Shown here piece after piece: positions 8,134-20,718 of a DNA stretch of 32,000 nt. The stretch covers positions 2,100,001 through 2,132,000 of the forward strand of contig OY780959.1 in assembly GCA_963675915.1 (NCBI GenBank). The letters run 5' to 3'. The notes beneath the pieces were generated by a model. That model worked only from the letters and a program-made list of their open reading frames with translations. It did not search any database and was not told the origin of the DNA. Within the stretch, counting starts at the first letter, position 1. Each line of letters begins with the position of its first letter. Position numbers and translations under genes: made by a program. This DNA comes from Coprobacillaceae bacterium. GTDB taxonomy: Bacteria > Bacillota_I > Bacilli_A > Erysipelotrichales > Coprobacillaceae.

Positions 8134-8565
8134 TTTAAAGTATTCCTTAATTAATGTAGAACATTCATCTTGCAAGATACCTTCAACTACCTCCGGCTGA
8201 TGATTGGTCAATTCCTTGTTATCAACAATACCCGTCAGTGAAAGCCATCTGTCATCTTTAGCACCATAAACAACCTTTGGAATCCGGCTCGAAATTATTA
8301 CTCCCGAGCACATCAAGCACGGTTCCAATGTAGTATAAAGAACACAATTATCCAAACGCCATGATTTCAGCTTCTGACAAGCTTCGTTGATAGCTAAAGT
8401 TTCAGCATGATTGGTAACAATCTGTGTAGTTTCTTTAGTGTTGTGTGCAGCTGCTATAATCTCGTTGTTACGGACTATAATCGCCCCAACCGGTACTTCA
8501 TCCTTTTCCAGGCACTTCAACGCTTCATTATATGCAATTTTCATATAATATTCATCACTGAACAT
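8122..8565 (-). CDS. tadA: tRNA adenosine(34) deaminase
   Basis: 147-aa ORF with the CDA zinc motifs HAE (NHAETLAI) and PCLMC (TLEPCLMCSG). RBS AGGAG upstream. Confidence 0.92.
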   Translation of the reverse strand: MFSDEYYMKIAYNEALKCLEKDEVPVGAIIVRNNEIIAAAHNTKETTQIVTNHAETLAINEACQKLKSWRLDNCVLYTTLEPCLMCSGVIISSRIPKVVYGAKDDRWLSLTGIVDNKELTNHQPEVVEGILQDECSTLIKEYFKNKR

Positions 8566-8583
8566 GGCTATTTCTCCTATTTA

Positions 8584-8668
8584 AAAATGCCACTACACAT
8601 AGACGGACATTCTTAATGCTGCTACCTTCCGGTCCTGACATGGTTCGAAGCCGCCTATTGTAATGGCA
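8584..8668 (-). ncRNA. ffs: Signal recognition particle RNA, short (4.5S-like) form
   Basis: The minus strand reads GCCAUUACAAUAGGCGGCUUCGAACCAUGUCAGGACCGGAAGGUAGCAGCAUUAAGAAUGUCCGUCUAUGUGUAGUGGCAUUUUU. The core GUCAGGACCGGAAGGUAGCAGC matches conserved SRP domain IV (E. coli GUCAGGUCCGGAAGGAAGCAGC) with its GGAA tetraloop. The 5' GCCAUUACA pairs with the 3' UGUAGUGGC, and AUAGGCGG pairs with CCGUCUAU. A U-run follows. Confidence 0.88.
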
Positions 8669-8674
8669 AGATTT

Positions 8675-8703
8675 ATTATACAATAAAATATTTTACAATT
8701 CAA
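8675..8703 (-). promoter_or_regulatory. Promoter of the SRP RNA (and probably tadA)
   Basis: Minus strand: TTGAAT (8703..8698), 17-nt spacer, TATAAT (8680..8675). The predicted +1 falls at about 8667-8668, exactly at the first base of the terminal helix. Confidence 0.7.
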
Positions 8704-8721
8704 CAGTAAATTAAAATTTGA

Positions 8722-9240
8722 TTAATCCGTCAAATCCAAGCACATCACATAAGCATCGAGTCGATGATCTCCCACTTTAGAATAGTTGAGATACGTCCCA
8801 ATTTTTTCAAAGCCAAAGTTCTCATAAAGCCTTATCGCTCTTTCATTTGTGGTTATAACTTCAAGATCCAAAACTTCAAGATTGTGGTTGTAAGCATACT
8901 CAATCAACTCATCCATCATTAAGGTTCCTATTCCCATTCCCCAGAACGATTTCTTCACAGTTATCCCTAAGGAAGAACGATGAGAGAATCGCGATCTAGG
9001 AGAACCTTCAAGGGAGCCAATGGAGATTATTTCATCACCATAGCAAGCCAAAATCATACATGAATTGGCAATTCCATCAAGATTGGCAATAAAGGCCGCC
9101 TCGTCGATTTCATTTATTACAATTGAACTCCCAGCGAATGAAAGATTATCAGTTTCATCACCCACAATTTTCAGATATTCAACAATTTTCAAAGCGTCGC
9201 CAGGAATAGCGTGCCTTATTGTAACTTCTTTATTTTCCAT
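8722..9240 (-). CDS. GNAT family N-acetyltransferase
   Basis: 172-aa ORF with acetyl-CoA motif A (VKKSFWGMGIGTLMMDELIEYA) and N..AI.LYE.FGF. Its ATG lies 1 nt after the serS stop. Confidence 0.85.
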   Translation of the reverse strand: MENKEVTIRHAIPGDALKIVEYLKIVGDETDNLSFAGSSIVINEIDEAAFIANLDGIANSCMILACYGDEIISIGSLEGSPRSRFSHRSSLGITVKKSFWGMGIGTLMMDELIEYAYNHNLEVLDLEVITTNERAIRLYENFGFEKIGTYLNYSKVGDHRLDAYVMCLDLTD

Positions 9241-9241
9241 T

Positions 9242-10528
9242 TTATTTGGTTGGTACTAATTTTTCTTTATTTCCCATGTACGGTCTGAGTGCCTCTGGGA
9301 TATTGATTGAACCGTCGGCATTAAGGTTATTTTCCAAAAATGCGATTAACATTCTAGGAGGTGCCACACATGTGTTATTCAATGTATGAGCAAAATACTT
9401 ACCATTATCACCATCGATTCTGATATTCAGACGACGAGCTTGGGCATCAGTCAGATTTGAGCATGAACCTACTTCAAAATATTTTTGCTGTCTTGGAGAC
9501 CAAGCTTCCACATCGATTGATTTGTTTTTCAAATCAGCCAAGTCACCGGAGCAACATTCAAGGGTTCTAACCGGTACATCAAGACTTCTGAATAAATCTA
9601 CAGTGTTTTGCCATAACACGTCAAACCACTTTTTACTTTCCTCAGGTTCACAAACAACAATCATTTCTTGTTTTTCAAACTGGTGAATTCGATACACACC
9701 ACGCTCCTCAATTCCATGAGCACCTTTTTCTTTTCTAAAGCATGGTGAATAAGATGTATATGTATATGGAATTTTATCCTTATCAAGGATCGTATCGATA
9801 AATTTACCAATCATCGAATGCTCAGAAGTACCAATCAGATACAGATCTTCCCCTTCGATTTTATACATCATTGAGTCCATCTCTTCAAATGACATTACCC
9901 CAGTAACAACCGAAGATCTGATCATATAAGGTGGAATGACATAAGTAAATCCCCGATCAATCATAAAATCACGCGCATAAGAAAGCACCCCTGAATGCAA
10001 TCTGGCAATATCACCCATCAAATAGTAGAAACCTTGTCCGGCAACTCGTCCGGCAGCATCCATATCGATACCATCAAGAGCTTCCATGATTTGAGTATGA
10101 TAAGGGATATCATATTCAGGAACAATTGGTTCCCCGTACTTCTTGATTTCAACATTCTCACTATCATCTTTTCCTAATGGAACCGAATCATCGATAAAAT
10201 TAGGAATTTTCATCATGATATCATTAAGTTTTGTACCATATTCTTTTTCTTTTTCTTCAAGTTCAGCGATTTTATCACCAATCGAAGAAATCTCAGCTTT
10301 GACATCGTTTGCTTCTTCTTTTTTGCCTTCACGCATCAACGCCCCGATCTGTTTCGAAGCCTTGTTACGCTCGCTTCTTAAATCTGAAGCTTCAGTAAGG
10401 ACTTTACGGTAAAGAACGTCCAGCTCAACCGCTTGATCCACCAATTCCAATTTATGATCCTGGAATTTCTTTTTAATATTCTCTTTTACACTTTCAGGGT
10501 TTTCCCTTAATATAGCTATATCAATCAT
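9242..10528 (-). CDS. serS: Serine--tRNA ligase
   Basis: 428-aa ORF with an N-terminal coiled-coil arm (MIDIAILRENPE...) and class II motifs (FRKEKGAHG, RIHQFEKQEM, GSCSN..D.QARRL). Confidence 0.95.
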   Translation of the reverse strand: MIDIAILRENPESVKENIKKKFQDHKLELVDQAVELDVLYRKVLTEASDLRSERNKASKQIGALMREGKKEEANDVKAEISSIGDKIAELEEKEKEYGTKLNDIMMKIPNFIDDSVPLGKDDSENVEIKKYGEPIVPEYDIPYHTQIMEALDGIDMDAAGRVAGQGFYYLMGDIARLHSGVLSYARDFMIDRGFTYVIPPYMIRSSVVTGVMSFEEMDSMMYKIEGEDLYLIGTSEHSMIGKFIDTILDKDKIPYTYTSYSPCFRKEKGAHGIEERGVYRIHQFEKQEMIVVCEPEESKKWFDVLWQNTVDLFRSLDVPVRTLECCSGDLADLKNKSIDVEAWSPRQQKYFEVGSCSNLTDAQARRLNIRIDGDNGKYFAHTLNNTCVAPPRMLIAFLENNLNADGSINIPEALRPYMGNKEKLVPTK

Positions 10529-10588
10529 CTCTACACCTCTTTTTAAATATAAAAAAATTATACACTATTTATCATTCTATTTAAAGAA

Positions 10589-11311
10589 TTATCTAACTTC
10601 TAATATACAACTAAAACGAATATCTTCGATACTTTCACCAGTGATCTTAAATATATATTTGCAATCAGAAATATCCATAAAAACATCAAGAACTTCGCCA
10701 TACTGCGATTCCTTGATGTATTCAAGTGAGAACTCATCAATCATGATATTCTCAATGATATCCATATCCAAAGAATCAAGGCACCATTCCAAATATTTCA
10801 CATTATTCAAATGTTTATTTATGTCGATATGAGAATATTCCACCTTAACTTTTTTTGTGAGCGTGAAATCACCAGTAAGATTGATATCCTTGAAATCGAT
10901 AAGGACATCACCTTTAGTATCCTCCGGCATGTTTATTCCAATTTTTGAAGGTCTGATAACACGTCGACGTTTTATATCAATCAGTGACCAAAGGGCGGTC
11001 TGCTCCATGGCAATCTCATCCCCAACCATAATCATACTGTTACGATAGAACCTCACTCGCGAATAATCCCCTGGATAGGTAATCAGATCGTAACCATCAC
11101 TGATAGTAATCGGCCGATGGAACTTGATTCTCTGTTTGACAATAACCCATCCGTATCTGCCCATCATATCCTCAGACCAAAAACTGTTTTTAATGCTGTT
11201 TAAATGCGCTACATAAGACAATTCTTCCAATAATTTAGTTAATTTGATTTTCCCTGTAAAATCAACATCCTGATAATCAAGATTTCGGGATATCGATGTT
11301 TCATATTTCAT
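10589..11311 (-). CDS. Acyl-[acyl-carrier-protein] thioesterase
   Basis: The ORF resembles the FatA/B-type double hot-dog thioesterase family (GRYGWVIVKQRIKFHRPI..., second half DINKHLNNVKYLEW). I prefer ATG 11311 (MKYETS..., GGTGG-type RBS upstream). The track start 11329 adds 6 aa. Confidence 0.75.
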   Translation of the reverse strand: MKYETSISRNLDYQDVDFTGKIKLTKLLEELSYVAHLNSIKNSFWSEDMMGRYGWVIVKQRIKFHRPITISDGYDLITYPGDYSRVRFYRNSMIMVGDEIAMEQTALWSLIDIKRRRVIRPSKIGINMPEDTKGDVLIDFKDINLTGDFTLTKKVKVEYSHIDINKHLNNVKYLEWCLDSLDMDIIENIMIDEFSLEYIKESQYGEVLDVFMDISDCKYIFKITGESIEDIRFSCILEVR

Positions 11312-11374
11312 ATAATCACCCACCACCATTTTACATTAAATAAATAATTTGTATAGAAAATTAGAGGTAAAATT

Positions 11375-11413
11375 AAAAATATATCCATCTGTGTATATAA
11401 TGGATATATTTTT
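11375..11413 (-). terminator. Hairpin terminator after the MFS gene
   Basis: AAAAATATATCCAT (11375..11388) and ATGGATATATTTTT (11400..11413) are exact complements separated by an 11-nt loop. The A/T runs are built into both arms, so it could act in either direction. Confidence 0.6.
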
Positions 11414-11428
11414 AATTACATATATTAG

Positions 11429-12616
11429 TTAACTGGCTTTTTCAAAACTAATGCCCGCTACATAATTCCTTTGATGAGTATAAGCCAGAACGATGCAGAT
11501 AACTTGTATCAAAGCCCCCATGATAAATATACTTTGATACGATAAACTGGTTGCCACCAATCCCCATACAAGCGATCCGATACCATAACCCAAATCCAAA
11601 GAACTGTAATACAATGCATTACCGATTCCAATCTTCGCCTCAGGAAGGTTCTCAACAACATAGGTATTAACAATCGGCGCTACCGATCCCATTGCAAAAC
11701 CGGCCGGGAAAGCCAAAACCATCAGTTGGACCACTGATGAGACCCCGGAAATAAAGTAGATACTTATCCCAAATATGAATGAATTGAAAATAATCATTGG
11801 GAATTTTCCGAATTTTCTCACTAAACGATTCATGACAAATCGAGAAGCAATAATACCGACTGCGTTAATACTGAAAAACATCCCCACACCGGAGAATCCC
11901 AATGAGATGGCAAACAGCGACATAAATGAGACAACCCCACTTTGGGTCAATGAATTGCAGAAGAGAATTATCAGCGGAACAATCAAAATCTTTTTGTTGA
12001 TGACTTCCTGCTTATTAGAAAGTTCTGGCGAACCGCCTTCGGTTTTGCTTACGTCGCGTCCCAAGACCATCATTACTGCAGTAATGATAATTATCACTAC
12101 TCCCACAATGAAAAGTCTGTCAAAACGATTATAATCCAACCCAATCAATGAATATCCAATCGAAGGACCGATAACTGCGGTCAAACCATTGGCAATCGAT
12201 GAATAACTAACCCCTTCAAGAAGATAGTCGGGATTTGTATTCTTAATTGTATAGGTACTCGCACCAGTTGAGGCAATCCCAAAACCGAAGCCCTGAATCA
12301 AACGATAGACAAGCGCAGTGAAAATGGAATCACAGAACAAAAACAAAAGAGTTGAGATAAACATCAGTCCAAGACCAAATAGAATCACTCTTTTACAATT
12401 GAAGCGGTCCAGAAAAAATCCTGTAAGCAGCCGAACACTCAAGGCTCCAAGTGTGAAAATTGATGTCATCAGACCGGCATAAGTATCCAGATTTGTCAGA
12501 TTTTTCGCAAATATTGTAAGAGCTGAGAGAACCATGTTTGATACCAGACACAAACCGAATAATATCAGGACTGCCAGAATATATTTTCCAGTCCATAAGG
12601 TATTATTCTTTCTCAT
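11429..12616 (-). CDS. MFS transporter
   Basis: 395-aa, highly hydrophobic, roughly 12 predicted helices. An MFS loop motif is present (GFFLDRFNCKRVILFG). Confidence 0.85.
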   Translation of the reverse strand: MRKNNTLWTGKYILAVLILFGLCLVSNMVLSALTIFAKNLTNLDTYAGLMTSIFTLGALSVRLLTGFFLDRFNCKRVILFGLGLMFISTLLFLFCDSIFTALVYRLIQGFGFGIASTGASTYTIKNTNPDYLLEGVSYSSIANGLTAVIGPSIGYSLIGLDYNRFDRLFIVGVVIIIITAVMMVLGRDVSKTEGGSPELSNKQEVINKKILIVPLIILFCNSLTQSGVVSFMSLFAISLGFSGVGMFFSINAVGIIASRFVMNRLVRKFGKFPMIIFNSFIFGISIYFISGVSSVVQLMVLAFPAGFAMGSVAPIVNTYVVENLPEAKIGIGNALYYSSLDLGYGIGSLVWGLVATSLSYQSIFIMGALIQVICIVLAYTHQRNYVAGISFEKAS

Positions 12617-13462
12617 CTAAACATCCCCATTCAAATTTTTGAGAATATATTCGACGGCTTCACTGAAACCATCCTCTTCACAACTTCTTGTCACATGAAA
12701 AGCTTTATCTTTGATGTGGTCCAAACCACTTTCAGGCGCAAACGAATATTTGAACAAATCAAACATGCTGATATCGTTATAACTATCCCCAACAATAGCA
12801 ACTTCTTCCTTTTTCAAACCTTTCAAAGCAATGGTCTTTTCAAGGATGACCCCTTTTTGTGCATTCATATGAGTTACTTCAAGATTATCAGGAAATGATG
12901 ATAAGGCAATAACCTCGTTGACATTTTTTACTTTTTGCTTAACGTCATCCAGTAGCAGCTCATCCAAACTGAATATTTCAAATTTGTATATTTTCACTTC
13001 GTTGAACCATTTTGATAAATCTTCTATCTCCTTGATTTTCAAAAACGAAAGATCAATCGCAGCAGCATCTCCCCTGATTCTTTCCACTCTTTTGACAAAT
13101 TCACCAAATGCACAATCGACATCCAGCGAAAAATTCCCCTTATCAGTTACAATGATATGTGATATTCCCGTGTCAGACAGAATATCGAACAATTCACCAG
13201 CTTTGTCCTTTGCAATAGCATACTCGCTTAAAATCTCCCCCTGATCGCTATAATACAAAGCCCCACTACAACATAAATATTCCATTGTCAGATCTATATG
13301 ACTGAATGTATCTTTAGCATGGTGAAAATCACGACCAGTAGCAACACCGAACCCGATATTATTTTTCTGTAATTTTCTGATTGCTTCTATATTTGCTTGA
13401 CTGATATCCTTTCCGCTTGTAACAAGCGTACCATCAATATCACTAATAACCAATTTTATCAT
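12617..13462 (-). CDS. Cof-type HAD-IIB family hydrolase (sugar-phosphate phosphatase-like)
   Basis: Motif I ISDIDGTL, motif II VATGR, motif IV GDSYNDISMF. Start moved to ATG 13462 (GGGGG 8 nt upstream); the track start is 13477. The stop abuts the MFS start codon with no gap. Confidence 0.85.
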   Translation of the reverse strand: MIKLVISDIDGTLVTSGKDISQANIEAIRKLQKNNIGFGVATGRDFHHAKDTFSHIDLTMEYLCCSGALYYSDQGEILSEYAIAKDKAGELFDILSDTGISHIIVTDKGNFSLDVDCAFGEFVKRVERIRGDAAAIDLSFLKIKEIEDLSKWFNEVKIYKFEIFSLDELLLDDVKQKVKNVNEVIALSSFPDNLEVTHMNAQKGVILEKTIALKGLKKEEVAIVGDSYNDISMFDLFKYSFAPESGLDHIKDKAFHVTRSCEEDGFSEAVEYILKNLNGDV

Positions 13463-13531
13463 ATTTATTACCCCCATTAGAAAACATAATAGACCAATAT
13501 TCCCAAAATTTCTAATAATTTCATCAAATTG

Positions 13532-13567
13532 AAAAAAATACAGACAACTTCAGAGCTGCCTGTATTT
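13532..13567 (-). terminator. Intrinsic terminator of gyrA
   Basis: Minus-strand stem AAAUACAGGCA / UGUCUGUAUUU (one G-U pair) with a 10-nt loop, followed by U-rich sequence; begins 10 nt after the stop. Confidence 0.75.
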
Positions 13568-13577
13568 CAGTAATATA

Positions 13578-16061
13578 TTATTCAGTTTCTGTCGTAAGCG
13601 ACTCATCTGTTGATTCTTGATCATCTTCATCTTCGTTGGATACTACTTCGATTGAAGAAACTTCATTATCGTCATCTACTCTGATCAAGCGAACTCCCTG
13701 GGTAGCTCTTCCCGATAATTTAACCTGCTCAAGAGGCATTCTGATAATAATTCCATTGGTAGTGATTATTAACAGATCTCCAGTGCCGTCAACAGCGCGG
13801 ATCGCTACAAGCTCACCGTTTTTATCAGTTATGTTGACAGTACGAACACCTTTTCCACCTCGGTTAGACAAACGGTACTCGTCGATATGACTCATCTTAC
13901 CATAACCTTTTGTGGTTAGAACCATGATGTACTCACCTTCACTGTCAGTAGTAACGCCGACTACATGACCTCCATCAACATTAATACCTCTTACCCCGGT
14001 AGCAGTACGCCCCATCGTACGAACTCTGCTCTCTTCGAAACGGACAAGTTTACCAAAGTTTGAAGCAATCAGGATATGATTGTTTCCGTTTGTCAATTTG
14101 ACATCAACAAGTTCATCGTCATCTTTCAAAGTTATCGCAATTTTACCATTTTGACGAATACTGTCAAATTCTGTCAGATCAACTCGTTTGACCAAACCGT
14201 TTCTGGTTACAAAGAATAAGTAATTTTCTTCTATTTCTTCTTCCTTGTTACTATAATCAGGAATTGAAATCATCGACTTAACTGTCTCATTTGCATCCAA
14301 ATTCAACAAATTGACAACCGGAAGTCCTTTCGAAGTTCTTCCGAATTCAGGAACGTTATATCCTTTAATTCGATATACAATCCCTTTATTGGTGAAGAAC
14401 AACAGATAATCATGGGTAGACATATTGATAAGACTATCAACAACATCATCATTAGCGGTAGCCATTCCTTTGACACCTTTTCCACCACGATTTTGAGTTT
14501 TATACGTATCAACCGGCAAACGCTTGATATAACCATTATTAGTCAAAGAAATGATGATATCTTCTTCAGGAATCAAATCTTCATCCTCAAGATCAAATGA
14601 ACCTTGAATTATCTCAGTTCTTCTCTTATCTCCGAATCGTTCCTTTACTTGTTCCAATTCATCATAAATGATATTCAACAATCTCTCTTTATTGGCAAGA
14701 ATATCTTTCAGATCAGCAATTGTCGACAACAATTCATTCAATTCGTTCTCAAGTTTTTCACGTTCCAAACCAGCAAGTCTTTGCAATTGCATTTCTCGGA
14801 TAGCTTTTGCCTGAATCTGAGACATTTCGAACTCATCCATCAGGCGATTCTGGATTATTTCAGTCGTACGTGAAGAACGAATTAACTCGATAATCGCATC
14901 GATATTGTCAATCGCAGTTCGCAAACCTTCAAGAATATGGGCACGAGCTTCCGCCTTGTCCAATTCAAATTTGATTCTTCTTGTGACAACCTCTTCTTGA
15001 TGTTCAAGATACAGAGTTATCAATTCTTTAAGATTCAGTTTTTTAGGTTCGTTGTTAACCAATGCAATCGAGTTTACCCCAAAAGTTGTTTGCATAGCTG
15101 ATAATTTATACAACTGATTCAACAATACCTCAGGTTGAATGTCACGGCGACACTCAATCACAATTCTGATCCCTTCACGGTTCGATTCATCACGTAAATC
15201 GGTTATTCCTTCAATTTTCTTATCTTTTACCAATTGAGAAATTTTTTCAATCAGGCGGGCCTTGTTTACCTGATACGGTATTTCAGTAACCACAATAACC
15301 GGTTTTTGATTTTTATATTCGATATCACATCGAGATCTCATCACGACCAAACCGTTTCCGGTTTCATATGCTTTTTTGATTGCGGTTTTTCCAAGAATCA
15401 GGGCTCCAGTTGGAAAATCAGGTCCTTGGATGTAGTTTTCCATCAATTCAGTGATAGTAATATCAGGATTTTTAGCTACTGCTATGGTGGCATCAATTAC
15501 CTCATTAAGATTGTGAGGCGGAATATTGGTAGCCATCCCGACGGCGATACCGGTTGTCCCGTTAATTAGCAGGTTCGGGATTCTAGCCGGTAAAACTTCC
15601 GGCTCCTGTTCTTCGCCATCATAGTTATCAACGAAATCGATTGTATTCTTATCAATGTCCTTTACTAGCTCCATTGATAATTTAGACATTCTTGCTTCGG
15701 TATAACGTTGTGCTGCAGCACCGTCTCCATCGATTGATCCAAAGTTCCCATGACCGTCAACCAACATGTAACGGTAAGAGAAATCCTGAGCCATTCTTAC
15801 AAGAGCTTCATATATAGAAGAGTCCCCATGAGGATGATACTTCCCCATTACCTCACCGACAATACGGGCTGACTTTTTATAAGGCGTATTTGCACGACAT
15901 CCCAAATCATTCATACCATAAATGATTCTTCGTTGCACCGGCTTCAGACCGTCACGCACATCAGGCAAGGCTCTTTGGACGATAACCGACATCGCATATT
16001 CCATGAAGGAATTTTTCATCTCGGCGGTAAGATTAACTTTTCTAATTCCTTGTTCTTCCAT
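13578..16061 (-). CDS. gyrA: DNA gyrase subunit A
   Basis: 827-aa ORF with the [23 protein letters not shown] signature, a QRDR ([17 protein letters not shown]), the catalytic-Tyr region AAQRYTE, beta-pinwheel repeats and an acidic tail. Confidence 0.97.
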   Translation of the reverse strand: MEEQGIRKVNLTAEMKNSFMEYAMSVIVQRALPDVRDGLKPVQRRIIYGMNDLGCRANTPYKKSARIVGEVMGKYHPHGDSSIYEALVRMAQDFSYRYMLVDGHGNFGSIDGDGAAAQRYTEARMSKLSMELVKDIDKNTIDFVDNYDGEEQEPEVLPARIPNLLINGTTGIAVGMATNIPPHNLNEVIDATIAVAKNPDITITELMENYIQGPDFPTGALILGKTAIKKAYETGNGLVVMRSRCDIEYKNQKPVIVVTEIPYQVNKARLIEKISQLVKDKKIEGITDLRDESNREGIRIVIECRRDIQPEVLLNQLYKLSAMQTTFGVNSIALVNNEPKKLNLKELITLYLEHQEEVVTRRIKFELDKAEARAHILEGLRTAIDNIDAIIELIRSSRTTEIIQNRLMDEFEMSQIQAKAIREMQLQRLAGLEREKLENELNELLSTIADLKDILANKERLLNIIYDELEQVKERFGDKRRTEIIQGSFDLEDEDLIPEEDIIISLTNNGYIKRLPVDTYKTQNRGGKGVKGMATANDDVVDSLINMSTHDYLLFFTNKGIVYRIKGYNVPEFGRTSKGLPVVNLLNLDANETVKSMISIPDYSNKEEEIEENYLFFVTRNGLVKRVDLTEFDSIRQNGKIAITLKDDDELVDVKLTNGNNHILIASNFGKLVRFEESRVRTMGRTATGVRGINVDGGHVVGVTTDSEGEYIMVLTTKGYGKMSHIDEYRLSNRGGKGVRTVNITDKNGELVAIRAVDGTGDLLIITTNGIIIRMPLEQVKLSGRATQGVRLIRVDDDNEVSSIEVVSNEDEDDQESTDESLTTETE

Positions 16062-16072
16062 CTATTAACTCC

Positions 16073-19056
<2,984 letters not shown>

Positions 19057-19067
<11 letters not shown>

Positions 19068-19272
19068 GTACTACGACAAATGATTCTCCGTCAAAAGTGA
19101 CAACATCATTATCGTAAAGTTTTTTCCCACGCATCAGACATGTCTCATTATTGACCTCAACCAATCCGTCCTGGATAACAAATTTGGCAATATTTCCACT
19201 CTCTACAATCCCGGCAAATTTCAAGAATTGTCCCAGTGTGATATATTCATCTCGAATTACAACTTTTTCCAT
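19057..19272 (-). CDS. yaaA: S4-domain RNA-binding protein YaaA
   Basis: 71-aa product MEKVVIRDEYITLGQFLKFAGI...; canonical position between dnaN and recF. Start at ATG 19272 (GAGGG RBS); the track start 19290 is an upstream TTG. Confidence 0.85.
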
Positions 19273-19427
19273 GATCAACCCTCTTTTCAACTATTAGATT
19301 ATAGCATAAATAGGAAAAAAACGCATTAAAATATGCAAATTTTAACTAAAAAACTTTTATAGTACAGGGATATATAAATTAGTAAAAACTGCTTAGAACG
19401 TAAAATAATCGTTATTTTATGGAAATA

Positions 19428-19452
19428 ATAAAAAAACCCGTAAAAAACGGGT
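19428..19452 (-). terminator. Intrinsic terminator of dnaN
   Basis: Minus-strand ACCCGU uuuuu ACGGGU followed by UUUUUUU; begins 6 nt after the dnaN stop. Confidence 0.8.
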
Positions 19453-19458
19453 GTCGTT

Positions 19459-20574
19459 TTAGTAAGAATGTGTTCTTACTGGCAAGATCAATTCAATCAG
19501 ACTGTCATCATCCATCATTTTAATAATAAATGGTTTCATTTCCCCGGGGAAACACAGTTTGATTTTTCCTTTATCAAGCACTTTTATCGCATCAGAAATA
19601 TATTTGTTGTCAAAAGTTATCGACAAAGGGTCACCTTTATAGAAACAATCGGTAATGGTATCTTCCACCGAACCGATTTCCTGCATATATGATGACAAGA
19701 TAACGCGATCATTATTCATATCCAATCTGATTACATTGTTCTGTTCATTGGTAAGCAATGAAACTCTAGAAATCGAATTGGAGATCAGATTGCTGTCGAT
19801 TGTCAATTCATGAGCAAATTCAGTCGGAATCAAGCTTGATACATCCGGAAACGAACCATCAATCAAACGAGTTTGAATAATGTTGTTTTCAAAAATGAAA
19901 ATAGCACTTCTTTCTGAAACGTAAATGCTCACATTATCCTGTTTCTCAATAATTTTAGAAATATCATCCAATGATTTGGCTGGAATAGTAATATCAAAAG
20001 TGATATCACTATCAATATCAATTGTTTTTTTAGATAATCGGTATGAATTGGTTCCGATTGCAGTAAGCTTGCTGTTGTTCGCGATAAGATTGATTCCGGT
20101 GAGAATTGGTCTGATTTCCTTTTCGCTAGCTGCAAATCTGGTATCATTTACCAATTCCTTCAATTCAATGGTATCCATGTTGAAAGATGTTCCTTTGGGA
20201 ACAAGATCAATTTGAGGATAATCCAAAGGATCAGTACCATTTAAATTAAATTCAGAATTTCCGCCAGAGATTCTAGTCAGGAATCCATCGATAATTTCAA
20301 ATTCGACAATATCAGAATCTATTTTACGGACAATTTCAAGAATATATTTAGATGACAAAACTACACTACCAGTATTTAATATTTCCAGTTTGTCACTTTG
20401 TTCAACTTTGCATTGAATAGCAATGTTCTGTTCACTTGCAGTCAGTTGAAGATAAGAATCAAATAAATCAAATTTGATTCCAGTCAAAGCAGGCAATGGT
20501 GTTTTATAACTTACAGCCTTGGATACTTTCGATAATGAGTTTAATAATAAAATTCGGTTAACTTTAAAATTCAT
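19459..20574 (-). CDS. dnaN: DNA polymerase III subunit beta (sliding clamp)
   Basis: MNFKVNRILLLNSLSKVSKAV...; about 371 aa with a three-domain clamp pattern, downstream of dnaA. Start at ATG 20574 (AGAGGA RBS); the track start 20589 lies inside the RBS. Confidence 0.95.
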   Translation of the reverse strand: MNFKVNRILLLNSLSKVSKAVSYKTPLPALTGIKFDLFDSYLQLTASEQNIAIQCKVEQSDKLEILNTGSVVLSSKYILEIVRKIDSDIVEFEIIDGFLTRISGGNSEFNLNGTDPLDYPQIDLVPKGTSFNMDTIELKELVNDTRFAASEKEIRPILTGINLIANNSKLTAIGTNSYRLSKKTIDIDSDITFDITIPAKSLDDISKIIEKQDNVSIYVSERSAIFIFENNIIQTRLIDGSFPDVSSLIPTEFAHELTIDSNLISNSISRVSLLTNEQNNVIRLDMNNDRVILSSYMQEIGSVEDTITDCFYKGDPLSITFDNKYISDAIKVLDKGKIKLCFPGEMKPFIIKMMDDDSLIELILPVRTHSY

Positions 20575-20589
20575 AAATTTTCCTCTCAT

Positions 20590-20718
20590 GTAATGTATAT
20601 ATATATTTATTTAAAATTGTTAATTATTATTATTATAGTGTGAATTTTGTGCGTAACTGAAATTATACCGATATATTCAAGGTTTTTGATGTGATTTCGA
20701 TATGTGGTTAAATTGTGC
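20590..20718. other. oriC: oriC part 2 (dnaA-dnaN intergenic): DnaA box plus A/T-rich unwinding element
   Basis: TGTGGTTAA (20703..20711) has 1 mismatch to TGTGGATAA. 20590..20637 is almost pure A/T (taatgtatatatatatttatttaaaattgttaattattattattat) and includes the tract (TTA)4 at 20624..20635. Confidence 0.7.

Noticed and set aside
10529-10588. Expected T-box leader upstream of serS
   Set aside because: Only 60 nt separate serS from the upstream stop. There is no specifier-loop or T-box (AANNNGGGUGGNACCGCG-like) sequence.
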